Positions 42,985 to 52,285 of a stretch of DNA of 64,000 bases are shown here, piece after piece. A model generated the notes under the pieces. That model ran no database searches. It saw only the letters and a program-made list of their open reading frames with translations, and was not told where the DNA came from. The DNA is from Myxococcales bacterium (GTDB taxonomy: Bacteria > Myxococcota_A > Polyangia > Polyangiales > DASUME01): contig JASGJH010000001.1 in NCBI GenBank assembly GCA_047601445.1, positions 8,640,001-8,704,000 on the forward strand, given 5' to 3'. Within the stretch, counting starts at the first letter, position 1. Every line of letters starts with the position of its first letter. The translations under genes were made by a program, and so were the position numbers.

Positions 42985-43455
42985 ATGCTCTCCAACGCGA
43001 AAATTGCTCGGATTTCTGTCGTTTTCTTAGGTCTGGCGACGGCCGCCTGTCACGACGACGATCCGGTCTTCCTGCCGCTGGCCGACCTGTGCGACGTCTA
43101 CGCCCAGGAGGTCTGTGACGGGCGGCAGGCCTGCTGCGAGGGCTTCGACCGCGACGTCTGCGAGAGCATGGTGCGCACCGCGTGCCGCGCGCAGTCCGAC
43201 CAACTCACGGTGGAGGCAGACCTCTCCTACGACGGAGAGCGCGCGAATCGCGTGCGCGGAGAGCTGCGCGACGCCTTGGCCCGGTGTCAGGTGCTCCCGC
43301 TCGGAGCGTTCTTCGATGGCACCCTCGGCGTCGCCGAGCCGTGTGGTCGCTCGGGTCAATGCGAGAGCGTCACCTGCAGCGCTCCGGCTCCCGGTTCGGA
43401 GATGGTGTGCTCCGATCCAGCGGCGCAGCCGCTTTGCGACCCAGCAGACATTTGA
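42985..43455 (+). CDS. Cys-rich lipoprotein
   Basis: Lipobox TAA-C; numerous Cys including CC. Confidence 0.65.
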   Translation: MLSNAKIARISVVFLGLATAACHDDDPVFLPLADLCDVYAQEVCDGRQACCEGFDRDVCESMVRTACRAQSDQLTVEADLSYDGERANRVRGELRDALARCQVLPLGAFFDGTLGVAEPCGRSGQCESVTCSAPAPGSEMVCSDPAAQPLCDPADI

Positions 43456-43537
43456 TGGCCATGGATTGACCGAGACGCGCCAGTCGGCCTTGCGATGAAC
43501 CCGCTGCGCAGGCATAACGTGGGGCAATCAGCTCCCT

Positions 43538-45151
43538 ATGCGCCTCGTCTGCGACAGTTGCAGTGCTCTGTACACCATCGAAGATGGCCTGGTGGGTACG
43601 CGTGACTTCCGCGTGTCCTGCAAGAGCTGCGGGAAGCCCATCTTCGTCAAGAGCGCTCGGCAGGTGACGGTGGGTTCGACATTGGGAGCGACCCATCGCG
43701 TGCGCTTGCCCGGCTCGGCGCTGCCCAAGCCCTCGTTCTTGGCCGCCTTTGCGGCTCGCCACGAGCAGCGGGCCAAGGCCACACCGGTGCCCGGTGCCGA
43801 GGAGTGGTTCATCTCTGTGGATGGCACCCAGCGCGGACCCCTTAGCGTGCACGACATGGCGACCATGTTCGAGGCCGGGAGCCTGGACTGGGGCACTGAG
43901 GTTTGGCGCGAAGGGCTCAAGGGCTGGCGGCCCGCTCGGCGCGATGCCTTGCTCGTGACATCCGTGGCGGGCGCTCGAGGTCCCGTCAACGACACCACGC
44001 GCCTCGACGCAGCGCGCTCCTTCTTGGCCAGCGAGGACACGGTCGTCGAGCCTCGGCCAGGCCACGCCAAGGGCCGCGCCCGCAGCATTCGGAGCGCTCG
44101 CAACGACAGCACCGATGCCACCGAGAAGCACGTGCTCGAGCTGCGAGATCCTTCGGCTCACGCGGCCGAGGGCGCGCTTCGACCGGCTCACGCGGCCGAG
44201 GGCGCGCTTCGACCGGCTCACGCGGCCGAGGGCGCGCTTCGACAGGCTCGCGCACCCGAGGGCGCGCTTCGACAGGCTCGCGCACCCGAAGGCGCGCTTC
44301 GACAGGCCGCCAAGGGCGAGGCCCTGCCGGATCTGCGGCCGAGCGCGCGCCCGCAGGCGTGGCACAGCCCGGAGAACACGGCTTTCCGCGAGGCCCTCGG
44401 GCTACCCACCGATTCGTCGTCCTCGCAGGAGGCCTCTGCCGTCGAGCCCCCCGCACAAGCGCCGGTCGAGCAGGCGGCGAACAGTAACCCGCCTGGTCCC
44501 ACGTTGGCTGATGCGTTCGCCAGCGCCACGCGCCTGCTCGAGGAGCATCAGGCCGATCGCGCGGAACAGCGGCCGTCCGGCATCATCGACTTGCTTCCGG
44601 CCCACTGGCTCGAGCGCTTCAATGACTTCTACGAGCGTCATCTCAACAGCCACTATCTCGTCGCGCTGAGCTCGTTCGCGGCGGGCGTGCTGGTCACGGC
44701 CATGGTGCTCGGTCGGCCTGTGCCCAGCGAGACCCCTGCCATCGCGCAAGCGCCCGCCGCACCGGTGGTGGTTGCCCAGGCTCCTTCCGCACCTGTACAG
44801 CCGGAGCTCGTGGAGTCGGCGCTGATGCCGGTCGCCACCGCGCAGCCGGCGGTGGGCAGTGCGCTGGCGGCTCCCGCGCCCACACTGCGGGAGTTGCCAA
44901 CCGTCGAGGATCTGCGCCGCGAAGTGCGCAAGGTCGCGCCCGACGTGAGGCGTTGCGTCGAAGACCCCAATGCGGGCGTCGACGTCGACATCTACCTCGC
45001 GGGGCTCACGGGACGCGTGCGCGACGTGGACGTGCGTTCCTCGCTGATCCCTCCCGGACGCGCGGCGTGCATCATTCACGCGGTGCGCAAGATGGAGGTC
45101 TCGCCGTTCACGCGTGGCGAGCTCAAGCTGATGCACAAGTTCTCCTGGTGA
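43538..45151 (+). CDS. Zinc-ribbon plus GYF_2 plus TM plus C-terminal periplasmic domain protein (GltJ/AgmX-like)
   Basis: CDSC..CKSC; WFISVDGTQRGPLS..VWREGLKGW; TM LSSFAAGVLVTAMVL; RRC..AAC C-terminal domain. Confidence 0.78.
   Translation: MRLVCDSCSALYTIEDGLVGTRDFRVSCKSCGKPIFVKSARQVTVGSTLGATHRVRLPGSALPKPSFLAAFAARHEQRAKATPVPGAEEWFISVDGTQRGPLSVHDMATMFEAGSLDWGTEVWREGLKGWRPARRDALLVTSVAGARGPVNDTTRLDAARSFLASEDTVVEPRPGHAKGRARSIRSARNDSTDATEKHVLELRDPSAHAAEGALRPAHAAEGALRPAHAAEGALRQARAPEGALRQARAPEGALRQAAKGEALPDLRPSARPQAWHSPENTAFREALGLPTDSSSSQEASAVEPPAQAPVEQAANSNPPGPTLADAFASATRLLEEHQADRAEQRPSGIIDLLPAHWLERFNDFYERHLNSHYLVALSSFAAGVLVTAMVLGRPVPSETPAIAQAPAAPVVVAQAPSAPVQPELVESALMPVATAQPAVGSALAAPAPTLRELPTVEDLRREVRKVAPDVRRCVEDPNAGVDVDIYLAGLTGRVRDVDVRSSLIPPGRAACIIHAVRKMEVSPFTRGELKLMHKFSW
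44155..44307 (+). repeat. In-frame 30-bp tandem repeat, about 5 copies (AHAAEGALRP/ARAPEGALRQ)
   Basis: GGCTCACGCGGCCGAGGGCGCGCTTCGACC and variants. Confidence 0.9.
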
Positions 45152-45152
45152 T

Positions 45153-45324
45153 CGCGCTCAAGCCGCGCATCGCCAGCGCGCGCTCAAGCCGCGCATCGCC
45201 AGCGCGCGCTCAAGCCGCGCATCGCCAGCGCGCGCTCAAGCCGCGCATCGCCAGCGCGCGCTCAAGCCGCGCATCGCCAGCGCGCGCTCAAGCCGCGCAT
45301 CGCCAGCGCGCGCTCAAGCCGCGC
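45153..45324. repeat. Perfect 26-bp tandem repeat, 6 full copies plus a partial copy
   Basis: CTCAAGCCGCGCATCGCCAGCGCGCG starting at 45157, 45183, 45209, 45235, 45261, 45287; partial at 45313. Confidence 0.95.
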
Positions 45325-46537
45325 GACGCGCGTCGCGGAAGCGGTCGAAGAGGGCCAGCAGGGCCCGGGCGTTGTCCTGGGCGTCGTGCATCTCGCGCAC
45401 GCGCCGGTAGCCCACTTGTCCCATGGCGCTCAAGGTCTTGGTGTCCGTGTCGAGTGCTCGCTCCATCGCGCCCGCCACATGCTCCACCGAGCCTGCGGGC
45501 ACCAGGAAGCCGCACTCGTTGTCCCGCACCAGCTCCGGGATCCCCGCTACGTACGTGCTGATCACCGGGCGCCCACGTCCGAGCGCTTCCATCAGCACTA
45601 CCGGTAAGCCCTCGGCGAAGCTCGGCAGCACGAATACACGCGCTTCCTCGATCTCGCGTTGCACCGTCTCGCCCGAAGCCCAGCCGGTGATGCGCACGTG
45701 GGCTTCGATGCCCTCGCGGGCGATCAACGCCTCGACTTCCTTGCGCATCGGGCCGTCCCCCACCAACACCAGCTCGAGCTTTCGTCCGCGCTGCAGCAGC
45801 CGAGCCGCGGCTTCCACCAACAGCAGCTGGCCCTTCTGTTCGCACAGTCGACCGACGCTCACGAAGCGCGGTCGCTCGGGCAGCGCGGTAGGCCGGCGCG
45901 CCACGTAGCTTGCGTCCACACCGCAGCGCACCACATGGATCTTGTCCCACTGATGGGCGTCGCAATATCGGTACAGCTGGCTGCGCCCGAAGCTGCTCAC
46001 ACCCACGACGAACGATGCATGATTGATCTTCTCGCGCAGGCTCAGGAGATCGGGCTTGTCGAACTCTTCGGGGCCGTGCGCCGTAAACGAGTAGCTGGGA
46101 CCCCCGAGGACGCGTGTCAGCATGGCGACGGCAGCGGGGTTCGTCCCGAAATGGGCATGCAAGTGATCTACCGGGTCCCGCTCGAACGCCTCCAGCAGGG
46201 CGCACGCCTCCGCCAAGTAGGCCAAATTTCGAAGCAACCCTCGGTCTGAGCGCTTCCCCACGGCCATCGAAAGCGCCTGGGCGCGCGCGAACGCTGCAGG
46301 ACGGCTGGCCGCCACCCGCGCCACGCTCAACATCAGCGCGTTGCCGCCCGGGGCCAGCAGGGCCGCTGTGAGCTCTCGCTCACGTCGATCGGCGGGGTCC
46401 GGCAATGCTTCCAGAGGTGTCGGGCGCATCGAGTAGCGGGCGACTCCGACTCCAAGTTCCTCGAGCCCTTCGATTTCTCGCCTTACGAAGGTGTGGCTGA
46501 TCGAGGGGTACTGATTGACGAGGTATGCGACGCGCAC
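45314..46537 (-). CDS. Glycosyltransferase family 4 (WcaL-like)
   Basis: YPSISHTFVRRE, HLHAHFG, GRLCEQKG, EGLPVVLMEA. Confidence 0.9.
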   Translation of the reverse strand: MRVAYLVNQYPSISHTFVRREIEGLEELGVGVARYSMRPTPLEALPDPADRRERELTAALLAPGGNALMLSVARVAASRPAAFARAQALSMAVGKRSDRGLLRNLAYLAEACALLEAFERDPVDHLHAHFGTNPAAVAMLTRVLGGPSYSFTAHGPEEFDKPDLLSLREKINHASFVVGVSSFGRSQLYRYCDAHQWDKIHVVRCGVDASYVARRPTALPERPRFVSVGRLCEQKGQLLLVEAAARLLQRGRKLELVLVGDGPMRKEVEALIAREGIEAHVRITGWASGETVQREIEEARVFVLPSFAEGLPVVLMEALGRGRPVISTYVAGIPELVRDNECGFLVPAGSVEHVAGAMERALDTDTKTLSAMGQVGYRRVREMHDAQDNARALLALFDRFRDARRAA

Positions 46538-46743
46538 AGAGAAAAGCTTAGACAGAAAATTTGAGCCCAGCGCGAACCGCGCGTGGCTCGCAGCGGCCTT
46601 GCTCGCCGCTGCGGGACGGCTGACGCAGCAGCCGTAAGTGGTGTCACCGAATCGCGCCGAAATCCTTGATTGCCCGAACTCTTTCAGGGTAAGCCCTCAG
46701 CCTCGGATCCGTCGATCCAGGCCGAATCGGGAGTTCTTCGCTT

Positions 46744-47574
46744 ATGAAAAAAATCGACATCATCCGCGCGTCGTTGGTGATCGGACTCGTGTTCGCGGGT
46801 TGCGGAGATAGCCCGGCGCCCAAGCCCTTCATGTTTCCAACCCCGAACGACACCGGCGACGGTGATGGCGATGGGGATGGCGACGGCGACGGAGATGGTG
46901 ACGGCGACGGAGATGGTGACGGCGACGGAGATGGCGACGGCGACGGAGATGGTGACGGCGATGGAGACATGGACGCCAGCACCGATCGGGACGCCGACAC
47001 GGCCGATGCAGGCGACGCGGGGAGCGACGCCGGAGACGGCGGCTCGCACCATGATGCGGGTCACGATGGTGGAACGCACCAGCCCGATGCCGGTCACGAC
47101 GCGGGCCCCTGCGGCCAGGTCGCTTCGGGCGCCAGCAACTACCTCGGCAACAGCTGCGAGGGCGTGGTCACCTGTCAGGATCCGAGCTCTGCGCAGAGCG
47201 GCAAGTTCGTGGTCTCCTGCGAGCTCGGCGATCCCGACGTGCCCAGCCATCACTGCTGCATCGGCAATCCCCGCCCCTCCAGCACCTGCCGCACGGCCGG
47301 CTGCGATACCGACGAGGTGGAGGCCACCTGCGACGGTCCCGAAGACTGCACCTCGGGCATCAACGGCAAGGGCTACTGCTGCATCGCCAACTTCACGATG
47401 AAGAACAACTCCCTCTTCTGCGCCTCCGACCCGTGCACGGATCCCACGACGACCGTGTGCCACAAGGATGCCGACTGCCCGACGGGCTACCAGTGCAAGG
47501 CCGGTCACTCGTTCAGCTTCGACCTCTACTCGGCCGACGCGGCCAAGTGGTTCGGCTTCTGCTACAAGAAGTGA
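46744..47574 (+). CDS. Lipoprotein with a long (GD)n stalk and Cys-rich C-terminal domain
   Basis: Lipobox FAG-C; GD run 46855-46968; CDGPEDC..CC motif. Confidence 0.8.
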   Translation: MKKIDIIRASLVIGLVFAGCGDSPAPKPFMFPTPNDTGDGDGDGDGDGDGDGDGDGDGDGDGDGDGDGDGDGDGDMDASTDRDADTADAGDAGSDAGDGGSHHDAGHDGGTHQPDAGHDAGPCGQVASGASNYLGNSCEGVVTCQDPSSAQSGKFVVSCELGDPDVPSHHCCIGNPRPSSTCRTAGCDTDEVEATCDGPEDCTSGINGKGYCCIANFTMKNNSLFCASDPCTDPTTTVCHKDADCPTGYQCKAGHSFSFDLYSADAAKWFGFCYKK

Positions 47575-47660
47575 GTTGAGAGCGTCGGTCGAGGGGGAGG
47601 GCACGAGCCTTCCCGCCCGACGCGGGGCCCAGCCGTCGCCGGTCGTGCGCGCCCTAAACC

Positions 47661-48350
47661 ATGCGTCCGCAAAGCAAAGCCGCCCCCGGTCCGCTGCCGG
47701 TGCTGTATCGAGATGACGCGCTGATCGTCGTCAACAAGCCGAGCGCTTTGTCGGCGCACCGTGGCTGGTCCGACGAGGGCGGTGACTATGTGCTCACGCG
47801 GGTCCGCGACTTCGTCGGGCAGCACGTGTACCTCGTGCACCGGCTCGACCGCGCCACCAGCGGAGTCATCGTGCTCGCGCTGCAGAGCGAGCATGTGGAG
47901 CCGCTTCAGCGGGCCTTTCAGGAAGGCCGCGTCGACAAGCGCTATCTCGCCCTGGCTCGCGGGCCCATGCCCGAACACTGTGTCGTCGACTACGCCATCC
48001 CGCGCGGCGAGGACGACAAAGAAGACCGCGTCGAGGCGCGCACCGAGTTTCGTCTGCTGGGACTCCATGCGGGTCGCTATTCGCTCGTGGAGGCCCACCC
48101 GACCACCGGGCGGCTGCACCAGATTCGACGTCATCTGAAGCACATCTTTCGTCCGATCATCGGCGACACCACCTACGGCGACGGCAAAGAGAACCGCCTC
48201 TTCCGGGAACGCTTCCACCTGCACCGCCTCGCACTGCACGCGAGCTCGCTCGCCTTTCCGCACCCCGTGACAGGCGAGTTGGTGAGCGTGACCGCCCCAT
48301 TGCCGCCCGACCTGGCCGAGCCCTTTGCGGCCATGGGCTTCGACGTCTGA
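47661..48350 (+). CDS. Pseudouridine synthase, RluA/TruC family
   Basis: VNKPS, HRLDRATSG, TGRLHQIRRH, IGDTTYG, LHA. Confidence 0.9.
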   Translation: MRPQSKAAPGPLPVLYRDDALIVVNKPSALSAHRGWSDEGGDYVLTRVRDFVGQHVYLVHRLDRATSGVIVLALQSEHVEPLQRAFQEGRVDKRYLALARGPMPEHCVVDYAIPRGEDDKEDRVEARTEFRLLGLHAGRYSLVEAHPTTGRLHQIRRHLKHIFRPIIGDTTYGDGKENRLFRERFHLHRLALHASSLAFPHPVTGELVSVTAPLPPDLAEPFAAMGFDV

Positions 48351-48401
48351 GGCGGGCTTCGGGAGGGGCTTGGCGAGACGCCCGAAATCGTTCACCTTCA
48401 G

Positions 48402-49451
48402 GTGGTGACTGACCAGGACGACCCGGACATCCTGCACGCGGCGTGGCACGAGCTAGGGCGTGAGGATCCGATCGTCAGTTCGATCGAGACCAGCGCCGGC
48501 GTCTCCACGAACCGCGTGTATCGCCTGCTGCTCGAGAGCGGTCGCAGCGCCTTCGCCAAGGTGTCCTCGTACGGCTCGTACGTGCACTTCCGCCAGGACC
48601 ACGCGCGCATCCGCCAGTGGATCACGCTGCTCCAACACACCAGCTACGCCTCGTTCATGGCTCCGGTGCTGCTCAAGAACGGCGAGGTCTTTACCTACGA
48701 GCAGTCGGGCGAGTGGGTGGTGTTCTACGGCGAGGCGCCGCGGCGTGGCCTGTTGCCCCGTAAGTTGAGCGACCGCGACGTGGACAATCTCGGCGCCGAG
48801 ATGGCGCGCTTCCACCAGACTTCGGCGTCCGTCGCCTCCCAGCTCGCCCCAACCTGGCAGTCACTTGGCTCCGACGTGGCAGCGCTCTACGACCAAATGC
48901 TGAGCAAAGCGGCCCAGACGGCGCGCGGCCTGAGCGCAGAGCACGCCAAGCTCATCCGCCATCACTGCGACCAATTCTTCAGCCAGTCCGAGCGCCTCGG
49001 GTACCACTCGTTCCTCAAGCTGCCCGTGCTCATCGACTGGAATCGCGGCAATTTCTCGGTGGCCTACGACGAAGAGGGTTTCCAGCTCTACAGCCGCTGG
49101 GACTACGACTGGTTTCGCATCGAGCCCCGCATGATGGATTTCTACTTCTTCTGCCGCGTGGTGCGCGAAGAGGGCGATCAGACGGTCTTCAGCTACACGT
49201 CGTCACCGCTGCTCGAGCCGCGCTTCCAGCGCTTCGTGCGCGCCTATCACGAGGTCTATCCGCTGGCGGAGAACGAGGTGCGCTTCCTCAAGGAGGCTTA
49301 CCGCTTCTTCATCCTCAACTACGTGCTGCGCACCGGCGAACACTTCTTCGTGCCCGACATCTGCGCGCGCCTCTCGCGCGAGGCCGTCACGCGCTACCTG
49401 CCCGAGCTCGAGCAGCTCGATCTCACGCCGCTGCTCGACTGCCTCAAGTAG
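48402..49451 (+). CDS. Kinase-fold (APH/ThrB-like) hypothetical protein
   Basis: STNRVY, AFAK, MARFH, IDWNRGNF, WDYD. Confidence 0.65.
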   Translation: MVTDQDDPDILHAAWHELGREDPIVSSIETSAGVSTNRVYRLLLESGRSAFAKVSSYGSYVHFRQDHARIRQWITLLQHTSYASFMAPVLLKNGEVFTYEQSGEWVVFYGEAPRRGLLPRKLSDRDVDNLGAEMARFHQTSASVASQLAPTWQSLGSDVAALYDQMLSKAAQTARGLSAEHAKLIRHHCDQFFSQSERLGYHSFLKLPVLIDWNRGNFSVAYDEEGFQLYSRWDYDWFRIEPRMMDFYFFCRVVREEGDQTVFSYTSSPLLEPRFQRFVRAYHEVYPLAENEVRFLKEAYRFFILNYVLRTGEHFFVPDICARLSREAVTRYLPELEQLDLTPLLDCLK

Positions 49452-49490
49452 TCGCCTCACGCGCCCGGTGCGTGCCCGTCGTTGTCGCCC

Positions 49491-49529
49491 CAAAAGCAAA
49501 AGCGCCGCCTCCGTGAGGAGCGCGGCGCT
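49491..49529 (-). terminator. Intrinsic terminator downstream of glnA
   Basis: Minus strand AGCGCCGC..GCGGCGCT stem followed by TTTGCTTTT. Confidence 0.65.
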
Positions 49530-49554
49530 CTAGCCAACCGTGAACCGGTTGGGT

Positions 49555-50553
49555 TCAGCCGTTGGTCGTCTCGACGATCAGGCGGCAGACCGTGTAGGGA
49601 TCCATGTTCGCGTTGGGGCGACGATCCTCGAAGTAACCCTTGCCCTCCTGCTTCGTGGCGAGCGGGATGCGGATGGAGGCGCCGCGGTCGGACACGCCGT
49701 ACTTGAACTGCTTGTAGGAGCAGGTTTCGTGCTTGCCGGTGAGGCGCTTCTCGATGCCGTAACCGTAGTTGGCGATGTGGAGTTCGGCCTTCTCACCGAG
49801 CTTCTTGCAAGCTTCCTCGATGACCTTGTAGCCGCCCTCTTCGCGCATGGCCTTGGTGCTGTAGTTCGTGTGGCAGCCGGCGCCGTTCCAGTCGCCCGGC
49901 CAGGGCTTGGCGTCGAAGGAGATGTCCACGCCCTCGGTCTCGGCGATGAGCTTCAGCAGGTAGCGGCCCATCCACAGGTGGTCGCCAGATTCCACGAGAC
50001 CGGCCGGGCCGATCTGGAACTCCCACTGTCCGGGCATCACCTCGGAGTTGATGCCGGAGATCTTGAGGCCGGCAGTGATGCAGGCATCCATGTGCTTCTC
50101 GGCGATGCTGCGGCCCACGATCTCGGTGGCGCCGACGGCACAGTAGTACGGACCCTGGGGAAGGGGGTTGCCCTTCTCGGGGAAGCCGTAGGGACGGCCG
50201 TCCTTCATCATCGTGTATTCCTGCTCGAGGCCGAACCAAGCATCGAGGTCCTTGTACTTGGCGAGAGCAGCCACCGCAGCAGCGCGGGTGTTGGTCTTGT
50301 TGGGCGAGCCGTCGGCGTTGTAGACCTCGGAGAGGACGAGCAGGTTCTTGCCGCCGCGGATCGGGTCCGGAACCGAGAAGACGGGCTTGAGCACGCAGTC
50401 AGACGCGTGACCTTCGGCCTGGCCAGTCGAGGAACCATCGAAGCCCCAGTCAGGGAGCTTGCTGCCCTCGGGCAGAATCTTGGTCTTGCTACGGAGCGTC
50501 GGGGTGGGCTCGGTGCCGTCGATCCAGATGTACTCAGCCTTGATCAAACCCAT
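49555..50553 (-). CDS. glnA: Glutamine synthetase, type II
   Basis: AEYIWIDG, LRSKT, FDGSST, EVMPGQWEFQIGP, DWNGAGCHTN, EDRRP; 332 aa. Confidence 0.95.
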   Translation of the reverse strand: MGLIKAEYIWIDGTEPTPTLRSKTKILPEGSKLPDWGFDGSSTGQAEGHASDCVLKPVFSVPDPIRGGKNLLVLSEVYNADGSPNKTNTRAAAVAALAKYKDLDAWFGLEQEYTMMKDGRPYGFPEKGNPLPQGPYYCAVGATEIVGRSIAEKHMDACITAGLKISGINSEVMPGQWEFQIGPAGLVESGDHLWMGRYLLKLIAETEGVDISFDAKPWPGDWNGAGCHTNYSTKAMREEGGYKVIEEACKKLGEKAELHIANYGYGIEKRLTGKHETCSYKQFKYGVSDRGASIRIPLATKQEGKGYFEDRRPNANMDPYTVCRLIVETTNG

Positions 50554-50977
50554 GGTTCCTTCTCCTCAGTTGAACACGCCAAAGCCGCGTGGTGACCGTC
50601 GAACGGGCGGGGTCGCCCGCGAGCCTTCGCCGACGGTGTCGGACGCGACTCCTTGGGGACTTCTCCCCTTGCGAAATCGGGGGGAATGTAGCTCCAGTTC
50701 CCGAGCTGAGAAGAGCTTTTTCGACCGTTCAATGCGCTTTTCTTCGTTTGTTTCTTTGCGATTTCTTGGCCTGGTCAATGGGCTTTCTGAACGCAGCTTG
50801 GGGCCGTATTCAGACCCAAGAACGGAGGAAAATTGCCCCAAAGCGAGCCATGTTCCCGCAGCCTGGGCCTGAAGGAACCCGCCCGACAGTCGCCCACGGG
50901 GGCCGACATCCTCCGGCCCTCGGTCGGGTGCTCCCAGCTGTAGCTCCCGCTCACGTCCTCAAGTTACGATGCCGCCC

Positions 50978-52264
50978 ATGCAGGTTGAAGCCTTCGGGTT
51001 GACGGATGTCGGCAAGGTTCGTGAGCACAATGAGGACTATCTAAAGATCGACCCCAGCATCGGTCTGCACATCGTCTGCGACGGCATGGGCGGCCACGCT
51101 GCGGGCGAGGTCGCCTCCGACACCGCGGCCAACAGCATCCAGCGCTTTCTGCTCGAGCGGAAGAGCGTGCTGCTCGAGTTCGACGGCAGCGAGAAGAAGG
51201 GGCAAGAGGTCGCCAATCTCCTGAATCAGGCGGTGATGTTCGCCTCCAAGACCGTGTTCGACGTGGCGGCCTCCGACAAGGGCAAGCACGGCATGGGCAC
51301 CACCTGCGTGGTGTTGCTCACGCTGGGCGACAAGGGCTGGATGGCCAACGTGGGGGACAGCCGCCTGTACCTGGCGCGGGACAAGAACCTCTACCAGCTC
51401 AGCACCGACCACAACTTCATGAACGAGGCGGTGGCCCAGGGGCTGATGAGCCTCGATCAGGCGGCCCAGAGCCCCCACGCCAACGTGCTCACGCGGGCCG
51501 TCGGGGCCCAGCCCTCGGTGTGCGCGGACATGCTGGTGTTCGACATCCTGGCCGGCGATACGTTCCTGCTCTGCAGCGACGGTCTGCATGAGTACACCAA
51601 GGACCCGCTGGAGCTCTGCACGGTGCTCTCGGGGGACAAGCTACAGGCCATTCCGGACGCGCTCGTGAAGAAGGCTCTCGAGGGTGGCGGTCACGACAAC
51701 ATCTCGGCCATCATCGTGCGCGCGGTGGGCCGCGAGGAGCGCCAGCGCGAGCGCAAGACCTCCATCACGCGTGGACTCGACGCTCTCGGCGACATCGAGC
51801 TGTTCCGTGACCTGACGATGGCGGAGTTGGTCAAGGTCTACAACGTGCTCAACACAAGCGAGGTGGCCCCGGGTGCGCGCATCATCCAGGAGGGCGACAA
51901 GAGCGAGCACCTTTATGTGGTGGTGGACGGCGTGGTCGAGGTCGAGCGCGAGGGCAGCAAGATCGCGGCCCTCGGGCCAGGCACCCACTTCGGCGAGATG
52001 GCGCTGCTCAACCAGCGTGCTCGTTCGGCCACGGTCACGGCGCTCCAGCGCACCAAGCTGTTGAGCCTCGACCGCAACGACTTCCAGAACCTGATGGCCC
52101 ACGAGCCCGCCATCGCCACCAAGTTCCTCTGGAAGTTCGCGCAGACCCTGAGCTTGCGTCTCGACGACGCCTATCTCGCGCGCGACGTGCGCACCGGGCG
52201 CCAAACCATGGGGCTCGGTGAGTACCCGAGCAGCCGGCCCAGTAACGACTATCGCAAGCGTTGA
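50978..52264 (+). CDS. PP2C-family phosphatase fused to a cNMP-binding domain
   Basis: REHNED, CDGMGG, GMGTT, NVGDSR, CSDGL, HDNIS; FGEMALL..RSATV. Confidence 0.9.
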   Translation: MQVEAFGLTDVGKVREHNEDYLKIDPSIGLHIVCDGMGGHAAGEVASDTAANSIQRFLLERKSVLLEFDGSEKKGQEVANLLNQAVMFASKTVFDVAASDKGKHGMGTTCVVLLTLGDKGWMANVGDSRLYLARDKNLYQLSTDHNFMNEAVAQGLMSLDQAAQSPHANVLTRAVGAQPSVCADMLVFDILAGDTFLLCSDGLHEYTKDPLELCTVLSGDKLQAIPDALVKKALEGGGHDNISAIIVRAVGREERQRERKTSITRGLDALGDIELFRDLTMAELVKVYNVLNTSEVAPGARIIQEGDKSEHLYVVVDGVVEVEREGSKIAALGPGTHFGEMALLNQRARSATVTALQRTKLLSLDRNDFQNLMAHEPAIATKFLWKFAQTLSLRLDDAYLARDVRTGRQTMGLGEYPSSRPSNDYRKR

Positions 52265-52285
52265 GGACGTCGAGGGGACGGAGGC

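Noticed and set aside
45153..45324. Possible CRISPR array
   Set aside because: Units are directly adjacent with no spacers and there are no cas genes in the window
46644..47000. Ser-Pro repeat ORFs (also 23706..23972 and 54599..54865)
   Set aside because: They are reverse-complement readings of the (GD)n tracts
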